Both the position numbers and the translations under genes were made by a program. DNA of 48,531 nt, the filler included, from Bipalium vagum (taxonomy: Eukaryota), in the NCBI GenBank assembly GCA_037834085.1. It is 3 parts of 3 records of this genome, joined end to end, with 100 filler letters (N's around TTAATTAATTAA, not from the genome) between each part and the next. Parts side by side here need not be neighbours in the genome. Positions count along the whole stretch, not along the records: positions 1 to 16,677 come from JBBMKC010098823.1; positions 16,778 to 32,375 come from JBBMKC010157241.1; 1 more part is not named here. One strand, given 5' to 3'. How positions within the stretch are numbered: the first letter of the stretch is position 1; the number at the start of each line of letters is the position of its first letter. Under the pieces are notes generated by a model. That model was not told where the DNA came from, did not search any database, and worked only from the letters and a program-made list of their open reading frames with translations. Positions 13,925 to 26,029 of the stretch are shown here, one piece after another.

Positions 13925-16677
13925 GTGAGTAAAAAATCTTATTTTTTATTTATTTTTATTATTGAAACATATTTCGTTTATTATTTATTATTGTGTCGAT
14001 TTATTTTTTACATAATTTCATTAAAATATTTATTGATTTTTTGGAACACATTTTTCTCGTCATTGCCTCCATTCAATCAATTTCACATTAATTCTTTTTT
14101 TATTTTAAAATCATATTGAAAATCAAATCAATTTTTGAGTACCAAAAGAACGTCTTTATTTTATAAAATTACTCTTCTGATAAGTGTTTCTGAACAAATA
14201 TCATTACCCTTTACCGAATGCCAAATACCAATTATGTCTGCCAGATGTCTGAAAATGATAATGAATAATCTCAGCTCTATTTCACGAAAGTAACCTTAAT
14301 GTGTGAACAGTATTGATATAACTAAACATTTTATTCGATTTAATAAAGATATTCTGAAATATTTTAATGTACCAGTGTGTTCATCAAAATCCAAACTAAA
14401 AACTGAACTTTATCACCCATACGTATGCTAGTTATTTACAAAAATATAAATAATCTTTGGAGGAAGAAATCAAAAAACATTAGAATAGAGTGCTACGGCG
14501 AGTTTATTTATAAAAAGGTTTTAACATAGTATAGTGCTGAGTGAATTGATTATTTAGTATGGAAACGTATGGAAAACATCTCAAAAAAGTGAAATCCACT
14601 ATTAAAAATGCAATTTAAATATTAACTTTTGTAAATTTTTTGTGTGGAAAAAATATTTTCAAAAAAAAGATAAAAGCAAATTATACCATTTTTTATAAAT
14701 TTTAAGCAATGTCTGAAACTTTTGTTGCCAAATTGGTAAATTTTCGTCGTAAATCAAAATAAAAAATATTATAAGTAGGAAAAAACTAAAGTTCATAAGT
14801 ACATGTGATTTTGGAATATCTGTAAATTTGAGGACAACAATTTTACTCTGAAAAAAACTTTGAAATTTTTAAGGATTCAAAAATTATAAGCTTAATAAAT
14901 ATCCAAACAAAATTAATGTGGAAGAAAATCTGAACGTGTTAGGTTGGAGGATTAAGGTTAAAAATAAGAAACCTTGTTGTATAGTTTTTTTCTAACATTC
15001 TTAAAGTTAATTTCTGTCATATGGCACTTTCATGTTTAATAAGTGTATTTTTTATTAAATCTATCTCTAATAATTAGGTCCGGTCTAAGTTTTGTTGTAT
15101 TCTTAAGTCCAATTGGTTTTAAATCTATGTCTAGATCGAGTCCTATATCTCTTAAATAATTTCCACATACTTCTAACACATTATTATATTTTATATTTTT
15201 GCATTTACTACACATTAGAGGGAGTTTAGCCTTTATTCTTGGTTTATAATATAGTGGTAAATTAATTAGAAAGTGCCATTATCTATCGTTTAAGTCAGTG
15301 TTATTACTATTATTACTTAAACTAAACCCCTGAACTGAAAGACCTTGAACTGTTTTCACTTTCCAATTGTTAAGATATTTTAAAGAAATTGCGTCCCTAA
15401 GTATTTATGTGGTATGATACATTTCTTTTTCTCCTTAACATATCCTAAGATCTAATTCATATAGAAATAGATAAAATTCATATGGTTATGTTGCCGAATT
15501 TCTATTATATTCAAAAGAAAATATAAAGACTTTGATATTTAATCTATATAAAATATAAAATATTATTATGTCTTATATTTTAAAAAGTGTCTTATGTTTT
15601 ACCTTACCCGTTGGACAGTGAAAAATAAAATATAGAAACGGAAAATAAAAATCAAAAAGATTTATGTTGAGTCTCTACTTTGAAAGTTATTGATCCATTT
15701 CATGAATCTGCTCTATAGATCTATATTATTGCCAGACCTGGTTTCCCCACAAAATACTAATGAAATATCACCAAATGGCGTCTAATGTGCAATAAAAGAT
15801 ATATTAGACTTGTTACAATGCTCTGAACTCTGGTGTAAAGAAAAATATTGATTATATTCGAAAGAAAATTCCTAAAACTTTTTTAGGAAACCTACAATAA
15901 ATAATGGGCTGAATTAGAACTAATATAACAAAATTTGCATAAAGTTTTACAAAATCATTTGTCAGATAAGTATTTTGTACATTTGAAGTTCTTTCATAAT
16001 ATTTTGTTTTATTAAAGTAAATCGATTTCCTCTTGTATATTTGAATAAGTTATTTCGTACAAGTCGTTTTGTCACGCAAAATGCGAAAATGAAAGGAAAC
16101 AATGTAATCATCATTGGATTTTTACATTCATTCAAGAGTAATTTCTTTACTAAAATTAAAAACAAATAATTTATTATTTTTTGAAATGAATAATTATTTA
16201 TTTGATTTTTAGAACCTGACAATTAATTATATTAATTAATAACATTCTCACAAACACAAAAGGCAATTCTAAGATCTTTTTTATCAAAAAACCAATACCA
16301 GTAAATCGGTGATGGTTCATAAAAAAATTAATTATTTAAATAAAAAATATAAATTTACAACCACTTAAAACTGTTTTTAATATATAAATTGCTATTTTAA
16401 ATTGGTTCGGTCAGTACATGTAAAGGTATTCAAAAGTAGGAGGCAAAGTAATTTAATCGTCACACGTATTCGTCGTGGAAATATTTTAATTTTTCTTCTA
16501 ATAAATAAAATTATTAAATCAAAATGAAAAAATGAAGGGGCCCTTCAATGTTTAATATATCAAAGAGTATTTTCCCAATGTCCTTCTTGCTTAATAAAAA
16601 ATATAGGGTGTCTCAAAAATCACGCAAGATTTGAATTAAATAAAAAACCTTTTTATTTCTTAAAATTAATTAATTTT

Positions 16678-16777
16678 NNNNNNNNNNNNNNNNNNNNNNN
16701 NNNNNNNNNNNNNNNNNNNNNTTAATTAATTAANNNNNNNNNNNNNNNNNNNNNNNNNNNNNNNNNNNNNNNNNNNN
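16678..16777. other. Assembly linker: 44 N + TTAATTAATTAA + 44 N
   Basis: Exactly 100 nt with a six-frame stop cassette; identical to 32376-32475. Confidence 0.97.
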
Positions 16778-18749
16778 TATTGAGAACTGAAGACATGGTT
16801 TTGATTAAGAATGAATGTTATTTGAAATAAAAGTTCTCGTACATCTCCTGATTGTTATATTTGACTACTCTGTAGGGTATTTGTACTATTTTACTGATTT
16901 TACTTCTATAACCACAAGCTACTTCGTGAGACTGGTAAAATGCTTGAGAAAGTCCAAAATTGATCAACTTGTAAACATAACCGAACAATATGAAAGCATA
17001 AAATATCAGACCACAGTAACCTTAAGCTTTAAATTATGACAGAAAAGATTTTATTTAATTATAAAAAATTATTATTGGTTATTAGAATTCAGATTAAATC
17101 AATAAATGATTCGTTCAGGCATCATAATCTAAATTAAACGCTAATCTTTTTAGATGATGTAATAAATGAAACAGATCAACATATTATGGAAATGTATCTT
17201 AATGGGTAAGCATAGTGAATATTCTGCAGCAAATTGGTCAGTATCGTTTATTGATCAAACATTAAGAATAGTTTGGAAACAGTGCAGTCTCTTTCTGTAT
17301 TAGACATTGTTTAATTCACTCGCAAGGTTACTGTAAGACCTCACTATAATAAAAGATTAGCCGCATTTGATTATTACTAAAATGTAACACATAAAATGAA
17401 CACAAGCAATTTAGTCATCGAATAAAATAATTCCATATTTGTGTTCTCTAACTCCTCTGACCCGTTAAACATTAAAAAAAATATTGAAGAAAAATGAAAG
17501 TAAAAATGAAAATAACAAAAGTTTGATATCTTACACTTGTATTCTCAGACTTGGATGTCCTTGCATTTTGCCATCTTCACTTTTGCAATCGCATTCACTT
17601 AATTACAATCTTCAATATCTAACTACTTCTTAAAAATCTGTAAACCCTCTCTGCCGTTTTTGTTTCTTCTTCATTAGTCTCAATCCTTTGGGAATAATAG
17701 TTTCCGATCTCTAGTATTTGGCTTCCAGTAGCTTTCCTATTAGTGGATCCTAGTCTTTTGGGTACACAAAGATATTCTTAATTTCTTCTCTCATGCCATC
17801 TCCTTCATTCATTATATACAGGATGCGTCGTATAATCGCGGACTATTTTGAATCAGTCAACCTAATCAAACAGAAAAACAGCTCAGCCTATTTGTTGATA
17901 TTTTTGTGTTGATTGGAATTTGATATATAATTGATTAAAAATTTTTTTTATAGATTTCATATTTTAGATGAACATAAACGACAAAAGGCAAAAAAATCAT
18001 ACAAGCATTCATGCGACAATTGTCAATAAATGTTTACACTTCACAGCAAATAAATCTTCACACACTCAAATTAACTCTTTGTGCATCAAAGACATTTTCC
18101 AAAAAATCTTTAATTACCACTTCACCACAACAAAAATATCATAAAATCACTTTTTCTACAAAGAATTTTTCACAATACTCCTTTTCTCATTATAAACCCT
18201 CATTAAGTATATCTTCTCTTTTCTCCGCTTTCATATTGATTACTGGGAAAACTTGGAAAGTTAAACTTTGAATAGTTCTCTTTTTTGAATCTTTTATCAT
18301 TCAATTTTCCTCCGCCCCTTTCCCCATAATTTAATGGATCACTGTGAGCTCTAATTACCAGCTTAGCTCTCACCCCACAACTGGACTGAATAATTAATTT
18401 ATTCTCAACCATCCTATCAATCAGGTATTTTTCTCATTGTAAATTCTCAAACAGGTAACAAAATAAATATTATAAAATCAATAATTTTAATAATAAAAAG
18501 GTGTTTATGAAAAACACCTGTTTCGAGGAAAATGTCCATTTAGAACCGTCTTCTACGATGATTTCCTGTACTCTTCTTTTGGTTTTTGTATTTTTCTTTT
18601 TGGCCGTCTCCCCGCTCATCTTTTTTTCATATTCCGTGAAAGTTCATGAAATCAGAGAGGAAGCAGAGAAGTTGTGAGACGAAGAGTGAGAGAAAGAGTA
18701 AAGTGCAATGGAGAAAAATATAATTTGGATTACAAGCATAGTAAGCGCC

Positions 18750-19800
18750 GTTTCATTCTTTGGATTCCATGAGTCAAGATAACGAACAACGATTGTATCC
18801 AGTGACGTTTGATATCTAGTTGCTTTGTTTAAATGAAAGGCTAGGCAGTTTAGCCTTAGTTCTACGCGGGTTATAGTATAGTGATATGTTCTTTGCTCTT
18901 GCTTTCATTAAGAAGTGCCATTGTTTATCATTTAATTCTGTGTTTAGTTATTTTATTGGATTCTATACTTAATCGAAAAAGATTTGACTATCTGGAACCG
19001 TTTTTGATTTCCAACTATTGAAGTAATTAAACGAGATAGCATCTTTAAGTATTTTCGTGGCATCATACATTTCTTGCTCTCCAATAATATAACTTTTTGA
19101 ATCAAATTCTTTTAATTGGAATTTTTGACGGGTGCAGATCTGAGTCACATAAATTGAAATAATTAAGAATTTCATCAATTATTTTATCAATATTTTGTCG
19201 TGGTCGGCTAAATGGGACTCCTAGATATAAATAAGTACTATTAATATATTCGTCAACCTTTGGGATAATTTCATCATATACTTTTAAATGTAACATTTTT
19301 CTATTTGATTTGAGTAATATCCACACTTTGATAGGTCTGAATTTTAAATGAATTTTATCAGTTAGTTCGATGAGGTTATCTATAATTTGCTTAGAGCTGA
19401 CCCAAAAGACAAGTAGATAGTCAGTGTAGGCAATGATGCTGAATCCAGTGTTATTAACAGCCAGTGAGACTTCTTTAGAAGGAACTGTTCGAAGAAGTGG
19501 CTTTAATGTTACACAGAAAAGGGCAACAGAAAGAGAACACCCTTGTCGAACATCTCAAACGATATTTTGGAAAACCTTGCAAAAAAGAGAAAGAGAAAAG
19601 GACAACAGCAAAAATTTGAAGCGATAAGACACTGTACTGTTTCCAAACAATTCTTAATGTTTGATCAATAAATCAAGATTGCGTCTTTTAAAGTTTTTTT
19701 TGGTTCTGTTGATCTTTCTTTCTTCTCGGATTGGTATGGGTGAATATCTTCGTTATAACAGAAGGTTTCCCATCAATTATGAGTGCAAATATAATACTAG
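18750..19800 (-). mobile_element. Non-LTR retrotransposon (LINE) reverse transcriptase fragment, degenerate
   Basis: Minus strand gives DVRQGCSLSVALFCVTLKPLL (cf. GVRQGCPLSP.LF), IIAYTDY (decayed YADD) and YLYLGVPF (cf. KYLG). Confidence 0.8.
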
Positions 19801-19835
19801 AGTGTGCTTCTAAATCATTGGTTTAATTGATAATA

Positions 19836-21152
19836 TCTGTTGTGTCTAAAAGGTAATGAGATTAAATAAGCTCCGTTTGAATAAAAGAAGATTTATGAGG
19901 TTTTATTTAAACAACATAGTCTCCATTTGAACGAATCACATCTTTACAATATGCATACAACCGCTCTAATTCATGAACAAAGCATTCCCGCAGGATGGTA
20001 CGGAATAAACGCAACGACTCAGGGTGAAGTTCTTCGGATAATGATTTGATTCTATTCTTTTTCAGATCCTTCTTCAGATTAAGAAACAGTCATCAATCTG
20101 CCAAATTAAAGTCTGGACTATATGCTGATTGACGATTAAGAATAATTTGACGTGGTACAAAAAACTGTTTTGTTGTAACTACTGAATGAGGACGTGCATT
20201 GTCATTCTGCCACTAGAGTTGATTCAGTCGTGTTGGTGATGATTGAAGAGTTCTCCATTTCTCTCTAGCTCGATGAACAAAAGGGACTTATCCTTTTGCT
20301 GTCACTGTTTGACCAGGGCGGAAGGCTTCTATGTTGAACTTCTTATCAACTGTGAATGAAAGTCGAAACAATATCTTTTATTCGTCAACTGGGCAAAATT
20401 TCGCGTGACCGCGCTGCGTTTGGAGCCAGCTATGTTTTATTGTCCTGTTTGGTGTGGAATACATCAAAAAAGACCCAATCTTTGTCCTTATTATCCAGTA
20501 ATGTAGAAAATCATCCATTGACTTTTGATCCTGAATCTGAACAATTTCTGTGGCAAACTTCAGTCTATTCTTTTTATTGATGTCTGACAAGATGTGTGTA
20601 ATCTATACTGAACAAATGTCCTTCAACCCCCATATTTTGGTAACGATATTTCTTATTGTATCCTTATTGCAACCAACTAAATCGGCCAGCATTCTAAGAG
20701 ATTGTCTCGGGTTTTCAATCATAGAATGTTTGACAAATGTCACGTTCTTCTCTGTGGTTGCAGTTGAGGGTCCCCAAATTCTGTGTGAGGCACACAAGGA
20801 TGTTCGACTTCCATCAATGAAATCTTTCCACCAACGGAATATGGTTGCAAGTGAGAAAACGTTACTTAAATGTATATCCAACAGCTGCTGGTAAACATCA
20901 GTTGCAGGCCGTCCACGCTTCATCTCCAAATAGATATAAGAGCGATAGTGTTCTTTATTTAAATCCATTTCAATAAATCGTTGCATTAATTAATAAAATA
21001 GTATATGAATTCAAGTGTGTATCTGTGAAAGCTCTTCTTTAATTGATCAATTTTTTGATGAAATTGTGATTGGTCAAAAGCAATATCATTATTATGATTA
21101 TAGATTTCCAAGAAAGATATATTTAATCCCATTAATTTTTAGACACACCAAA
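19836..21152 (-). mobile_element. Full-length (~1.3 kb) but inactivated mariner transposon with both TIRs and TA target duplication
   Basis: Imperfect TIRs tgttgtgtctaaaaggtaatgagattaaata (19838) and tatttaatcccattaatttttagacacacca (to 21150); TA at 19834-35 and 21153-54. HTH region MDLNKEHYRSYIYLEMKRG..ATIFRWWKDF, then WQNDNARPHS and QSAYSPDFN motifs; internal stops and frameshifts. Confidence 0.9.
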
Positions 21153-21671
21153 TATTTGAATAGATAAGCCTCTTTTTTTAGTTTCAAAGGTTTGTTTGAG
21201 TAATATAACAGTCAGTATGAGAAACAGTAACAACGACAACACAACGTCGGACATGTCCATTATATGTAATTAAATTAAAGAATCTTAATGGTGACTTAAC
21301 GATCAGAAAGCGACAAAAAGTTTGCACAACCTAATATGAGGATCTTATTATATAATAATAAAAGTTCATGATTGGTTACATTGATATTTATAGAATCTTA
21401 TAAATGAGCCATCAATGACAGTTTTTTCGTTTATTTTGTATAAATTTTTCAAAAGATATTCTTTTAATTTTTCAGTGCATTTTTCCTATTTCTCCTATGG
21501 ATAATTAATATAATTTCATTGACTGACAAGGGAGTACCGTTTTACTACCGTAAAATCTAATGAATATTAATTATAGTGTAAAGATATAGGGGAAAGAAAT
21601 CGATTAAGTGTATTTATATTTTATTAAGTCAAAGTATTTCTAATAATCTTAAATTCGTTACAAAAGCTTAT

Positions 21672-21699
21672 AACATCTGTCCCTTCCCACAATCTCTAA
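21672..21699 (+). promoter_or_regulatory. Conserved upstream element: E-box CATCTG plus TTCCCAC (GTGGGAA, Su(H)/RBPJ-type)
   Basis: AACATCTGTCCCTTCCCACAATCTCTAA is identical at 31202-31229 in the paralog promoter, ~270-280 nt upstream of each ATG. Function is inferred. Confidence 0.45.
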
Positions 21700-21898
21700 A
21701 AGCTCTTTGAGTGTCGCAAGCGTTTCAGAGCGACAAAAACTTGACAGAACTTTGATGAGGGGTCTCTGAAATGCACTCATTTGAGGAAGTTTCTTACTTA
21801 CCTTTATACCTTTGAAATCTGGAGTCTCCGAGAATTCTTTTCACTATACTTTTATTTATTAATGGGTTTCAAGTTTCCCCATTTTTCTCCTAATTCTT

Positions 21899-21907
21899 TA
21901 TATAAAA
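21899..21907 (+). promoter_or_regulatory. Putative TATA box of Tyr-rich repeat gene 1
   Basis: TATATAAAA ~25 nt upstream of an Inr-like TCATTC (21924-21929) and ~40-45 nt upstream of the ATG|GTAAGA first exon. Confidence 0.55.
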
Positions 21908-21944
21908 GGAAGCTTCCATATTCTCATTCCAAACAACCACCTCA

Positions 21945-23920
21945 ATGGTAAGAGTTCATTTATTTAATCCCATTTTATTTTATTAATATTTTATTAAGAT
22001 ATGTATAAAAACCCTCTTTAGGAATGCAAGAGGTCCACCTTAATATATTTTATTAATATAATAATATTATAAACATAATATTTAACCATATTTAATATAA
22101 ATAAAGTTTGGAGTCTCAGTTTAAAGTGATCGAAATGTTTAAGAAATAAAATTATTTATTATTTTTTTATCTTGAGTAAAATCAGATTTCAGAAGTCTTC
22201 AACCTTTCAGTGTTACCATTTATCCTTTTATTCATAATCGGAGATGAACAATGTGAAGACCATGTTATTCTTTTCTTTAATTCTTACCTTCCATAAAATT
22301 GTTATTTACCTTTTATCTTCTTAAGTTAGAAAATCTTAGTTCCGCAGTTTAGGATTTCTTTATTTTTGTTTTTTCAGATATGTTCGATGATGTAACAAAG
22401 TAAGAATCATTTCACAGAACGGAATATTTTTGAAGAAATACATTTTATGTAATTTATATATTCAGATATTCTTATCCGGTTTAACAATATTGCTTACGCT
22501 ACTACTCAGTGGAGCACTGTCCCGTTATGTAGAACAATATTCGGGTAGTCCATTTTATAAAGGAGACACTTCAACATATTATAATTACGAAACACACGGT
22601 CCCCATGAAAGATATTTGAGTCGTGGACCCTTCTATTATAATTACGAAACCAACCGTCCTCACGAAAGATATTCAAGTCGTGGACCGTACTATTACAATT
22701 ACGAAACAAATCGTCCTCATGAAAGATATTCAAGTCGAGGGCCATACTACTACAATTACGAAACACATGGTCCTCATGAAAGATATTCAAGTCGTGGACC
22801 GTACTATTATAATTACGAAACAAATCGTCCTCACGAAAGATATTCAAGTCGTGGGTCGTACTACAATTACGAAACACATGGTCCTCATGAAAGGTATTTA
22901 AGTCGTGGACCGTATTACTACAATTACGAAACAAATCGTCCTCATGAAAGATATTCAAGTCGTGGACCGTACTACTACAATTATGAAACACACGGTCCTC
23001 ATGAAAGATATTCAAGTCGTGGACCGTACTACTACAATTACGAAACAAATCGTCCTCATGAAAGATATTTAAGTCGTAAACCGTACTATTATAATTACGA
23101 AACAAATCGTCCTCATGAAAGATATTCAAGTCGAGGGCCATACTACTACAATTACGAAACACATGGTCCTCATGAAAGATATTCAAGTCGTGGACCGTAC
23201 TACTACAATTACGAAACAAATCGTCCTCATGAAAGATATTTAAGTCGTAAACCGTACTATTATAATTACGAAACAAATCGTCCTCATGAAAGATATTCAA
23301 GTCGAGGGCCATACTACTACAATTACGAAACACACGGTCCTCATGAAAGATATTCAAGTCGTGGACCGTACTATTACAATTACGAAACCAATCGTCCTCA
23401 TGAAAGATATTCAAGTCGTGGACCGTACTATTATAATTACGAAACAAGCCATCCTCACGAAAAATATTCAAGTCGTGGACCGTACTACTACAATTACGAA
23501 ACAAATCGTCCTCACGAAAGATATTCAAGTCGTGGGTCGTACTACAATTACGAAACCAACCGTCCTCACGAAAGATATCCAAGTCGTGGACCGTACTATT
23601 ATAATTACGAAACAAGCCATCCTCACGAAAAATATTCAAGTCGTGGACCGTACTACTACAATTACGAAACAAATCGTCCTCACGAAAGATATTCAAGTCG
23701 TGGGTCGTACTACAATTACGAAACCAACCGTCCTCACGAAAGATATCCAAGTCGTGGACCGTACTATTATAATTACGAAACAAGCCATCCTCATGAAAGA
23801 TATTCAAGTCGTGGGTCGTACTATTACAATCACGAAACAAGCCGTCCTTATGGAGTTGATTCTGCCTATACCCCATTTCATGGCAATCGGTATGGATCAT
23901 TTAATACAAAACACTATTGA
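21945..23920 (+). CDS. Secreted Tyr/Arg/His-rich tandem-repeat protein 1 (~485 aa), function unknown
   Basis: Exon 1 = ATG (21945-21947) followed by GTAAGA; exon 2 = 22466-23920 after ttcag, in phase. Gives signal peptide MIFLSGLTILLTLLLSGALS, then 22 units of YYNYET(NR/HG/SH)PHERYSSRGPY and a unique tail. All indels preserve frame; aataaa at ~23964. Confidence 0.85.
22577..23821 (+). repeat. Coding minisatellite, 22 units (19 x 57 nt, 3 x 54 nt)
   Basis: Counted from the ORF translation: 49 + 415 + 32 = 496 aa. Confidence 0.95.
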
Positions 23921-24904
23921 GAACGTAAACAATATCAACATGTTTTCGATATATGTTTTTTGAAATAAAAACTGGCGTACATTTACTTATTATGATAATT
24001 ATAATGTCCTGTAATAATATTATTGTTGTGTAATATTTTAATAGTAAAGCAAGCTTCGAGCTAAAGTAATTAACATCCTGGCATGAGATCTACAATACAT
24101 ATATACAATGTTATTAACTCCAAATTATATGAATTATAATCATCCAATCATCTGTCCCAAAACACGTCATCGTCAACCAGAATTTCAATATATTAAAAAT
24201 TATTTTTATCGTTGTTTTTCTAAGGACGATATTATGAAATATTGATGGAATAAAAGAAAAAATTTTAATACCAAGAATTTCAGTCTTTCTGTCGAATAAC
24301 TCAGGTAAAACAAAAAGGAAATAATGATTTTAGATATTGTGGTAAATATGAAAAAATGAAGATGTTATGGAAATGTATTTTGGTTGAGGGAGACTTCATA
24401 TAGTTGATGATATAAAACCAGAAGAAGATGTAACTGTACAAAACAATTTCTTTCTGATAATCATTTTCAAATAAAATTTTAAAATGAGGTTCAAATTTTA
24501 GTGTAAAATTTTGGAACTTCAAATCCCATTAATAACTTAGTAGTGATTGATAAAAAATAATGATAGAGAGATATTTGACTGGTAACTAGAAAAAATAAAG
24601 ATAATTCAGATGATGTAGAACAAAAGATTTGAGCCAAGAAAACTATTTTAATTAACTAATACCTTGACCGGTAAAGTCAATGTTTGGATTACACACGCCA
24701 ACAACAAAAATTTAAAATTTCTTAATTGTATGTATTTATTAATTAATGTTAATTAAATGTAATTATGACTAAACGAAGTACTCTGATTTCGAAAATGTTA
24801 ACGAAAATGTTGCATGACACCAGGCTTTTAAAACTCCCGTCAATCAAATGCGCACCATAGAGTCAATCCCAACCACCTTGCTCCACACTCTTTACACTAA
24901 ATTA

Positions 24905-26024
24905 CTGTAAAATTCCGAGTATAAGCTGCAGCTAATACGTACATACAGGAAACATTTTTGAATTGCAGCTAATATGATGTGCAGCTTAAACAAACAAAAA
25001 AACAATTCAAATCGAAGATCAGATTATTTATTTCAATTTTAAACATCACACTCCTCAAAACCATCACACTTTTCATTGTCAATAAAAGTGAAAATTTCTA
25101 GTAATTCTACAATGTTTGGATCAGACTCGTTCACATTCATTTCATTTTCTCCAATTTCAAGAACATCGTCGTTGAAAGGTTAAAATCTTCCCAAGAGGAA
25201 ACAATACATTCGAAAATAGTATTCCAGTCAGCTGCTTTCATATTTCCGGACTTAGTGTGTTTGATGTTTTCATAATCTTTAATGATTCAATCATTCCACT
25301 TCTTGCGCATTTTGACTTGAACGAACGGTTAACAGTAAGAAATAATGGCTGCACCTTTGATGTCAATCCGGTAGGTATGAAAGCTACTTTGGATTCGAAC
25401 ACAAATATTCTTGCGTTTCATGAAATTATCAGTCCATTAAAAGCTCGCGACAAATTCTTCAATCTTCATCTCTTTGGCAATTACTTGTGCCTGTAAACGA
25501 ATTCGAACAACTGACACTTGAAATTCTCGTTCAGGTTGAATTAGGATCCATTCGTGTAATTTCGTTTCCAATTCCGGATATCTAGCGTTACCACCACGCA
25601 AAGATCTTCGATTTGGATTCATTGCTTTGATAACAGACTCTTTAACAGTTTCATTAATATCATATCGTCTTGCAACCTCCCGTATGTTTCCTAACTGACG
25701 AGTTAATTCAATAATTTCTTTTTCTTTGCTGAACTAAAAGATCTTCGTTGTTTCTTTTGTTTTTGTTCAGAATCGTTATCCATTTTAATCAAAGATGAAT
25801 TTTAATCAAATGAACAATGTAAACAATATAAACGATTAAAACAAAATGGTTATTGTCACGGTGAAATTTGTTTTTAATGATAGGTTGTTGATTTTAAAAT
25901 CACATGTTTTCAACGTAAATGGTGCAGCTAATACGTGATGCAGTTTATACGAATAAAAAATACATTTTTATAAAATGTCATCTGCAGCTAATACGCGCTG
26001 CAGCTTATACTCGGGATTTTACAG
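24905..26024 (-). mobile_element. Internally deleted pogo/Tigger-family DNA transposon
   Basis: TIRs ctgtaaaattccgagtataagctgcagc and gctgcagcttatactcgggattttacag, each flanked by TA. CENP-B-type HTH remnant RSLRGGNARYPELETKLHEWI..RIRLQAQVIAKEMKIEEFVAS; acidic tail remnant. Confidence 0.88.
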
Positions 26025-26029
26025 TATCT

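Noticed and set aside
14900-15900. Possible PIF1/Helitron helicase remnant (minus strand TPFGDISLVFCG)
   Set aside because: Single weak motif; other helicase motifs not convincingly found. Needs a BLASTx.
16604-17860. Orphan TIR-like ends (tagggtgtctc at ~16604; caggatgcgtcg at ~17819)
   Set aside because: No partner ends visible, and a linker separates them.
22577-23821. CRISPR-like regular array
   Set aside because: Units are contiguous with no unique spacers, are multiples of 3 nt in an open frame, and the context is eukaryotic with no cas genes.
22506-23900. 464-aa antisense ORF spanning the repeat array (and shifted + frames at 22623, 23286, 32113)
   Set aside because: In this register an antisense stop needs sense xTT/xTC/xCT codons followed by A, which the repeat composition nearly excludes. 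No signal peptide or promoter support; a by-product of the repeat.
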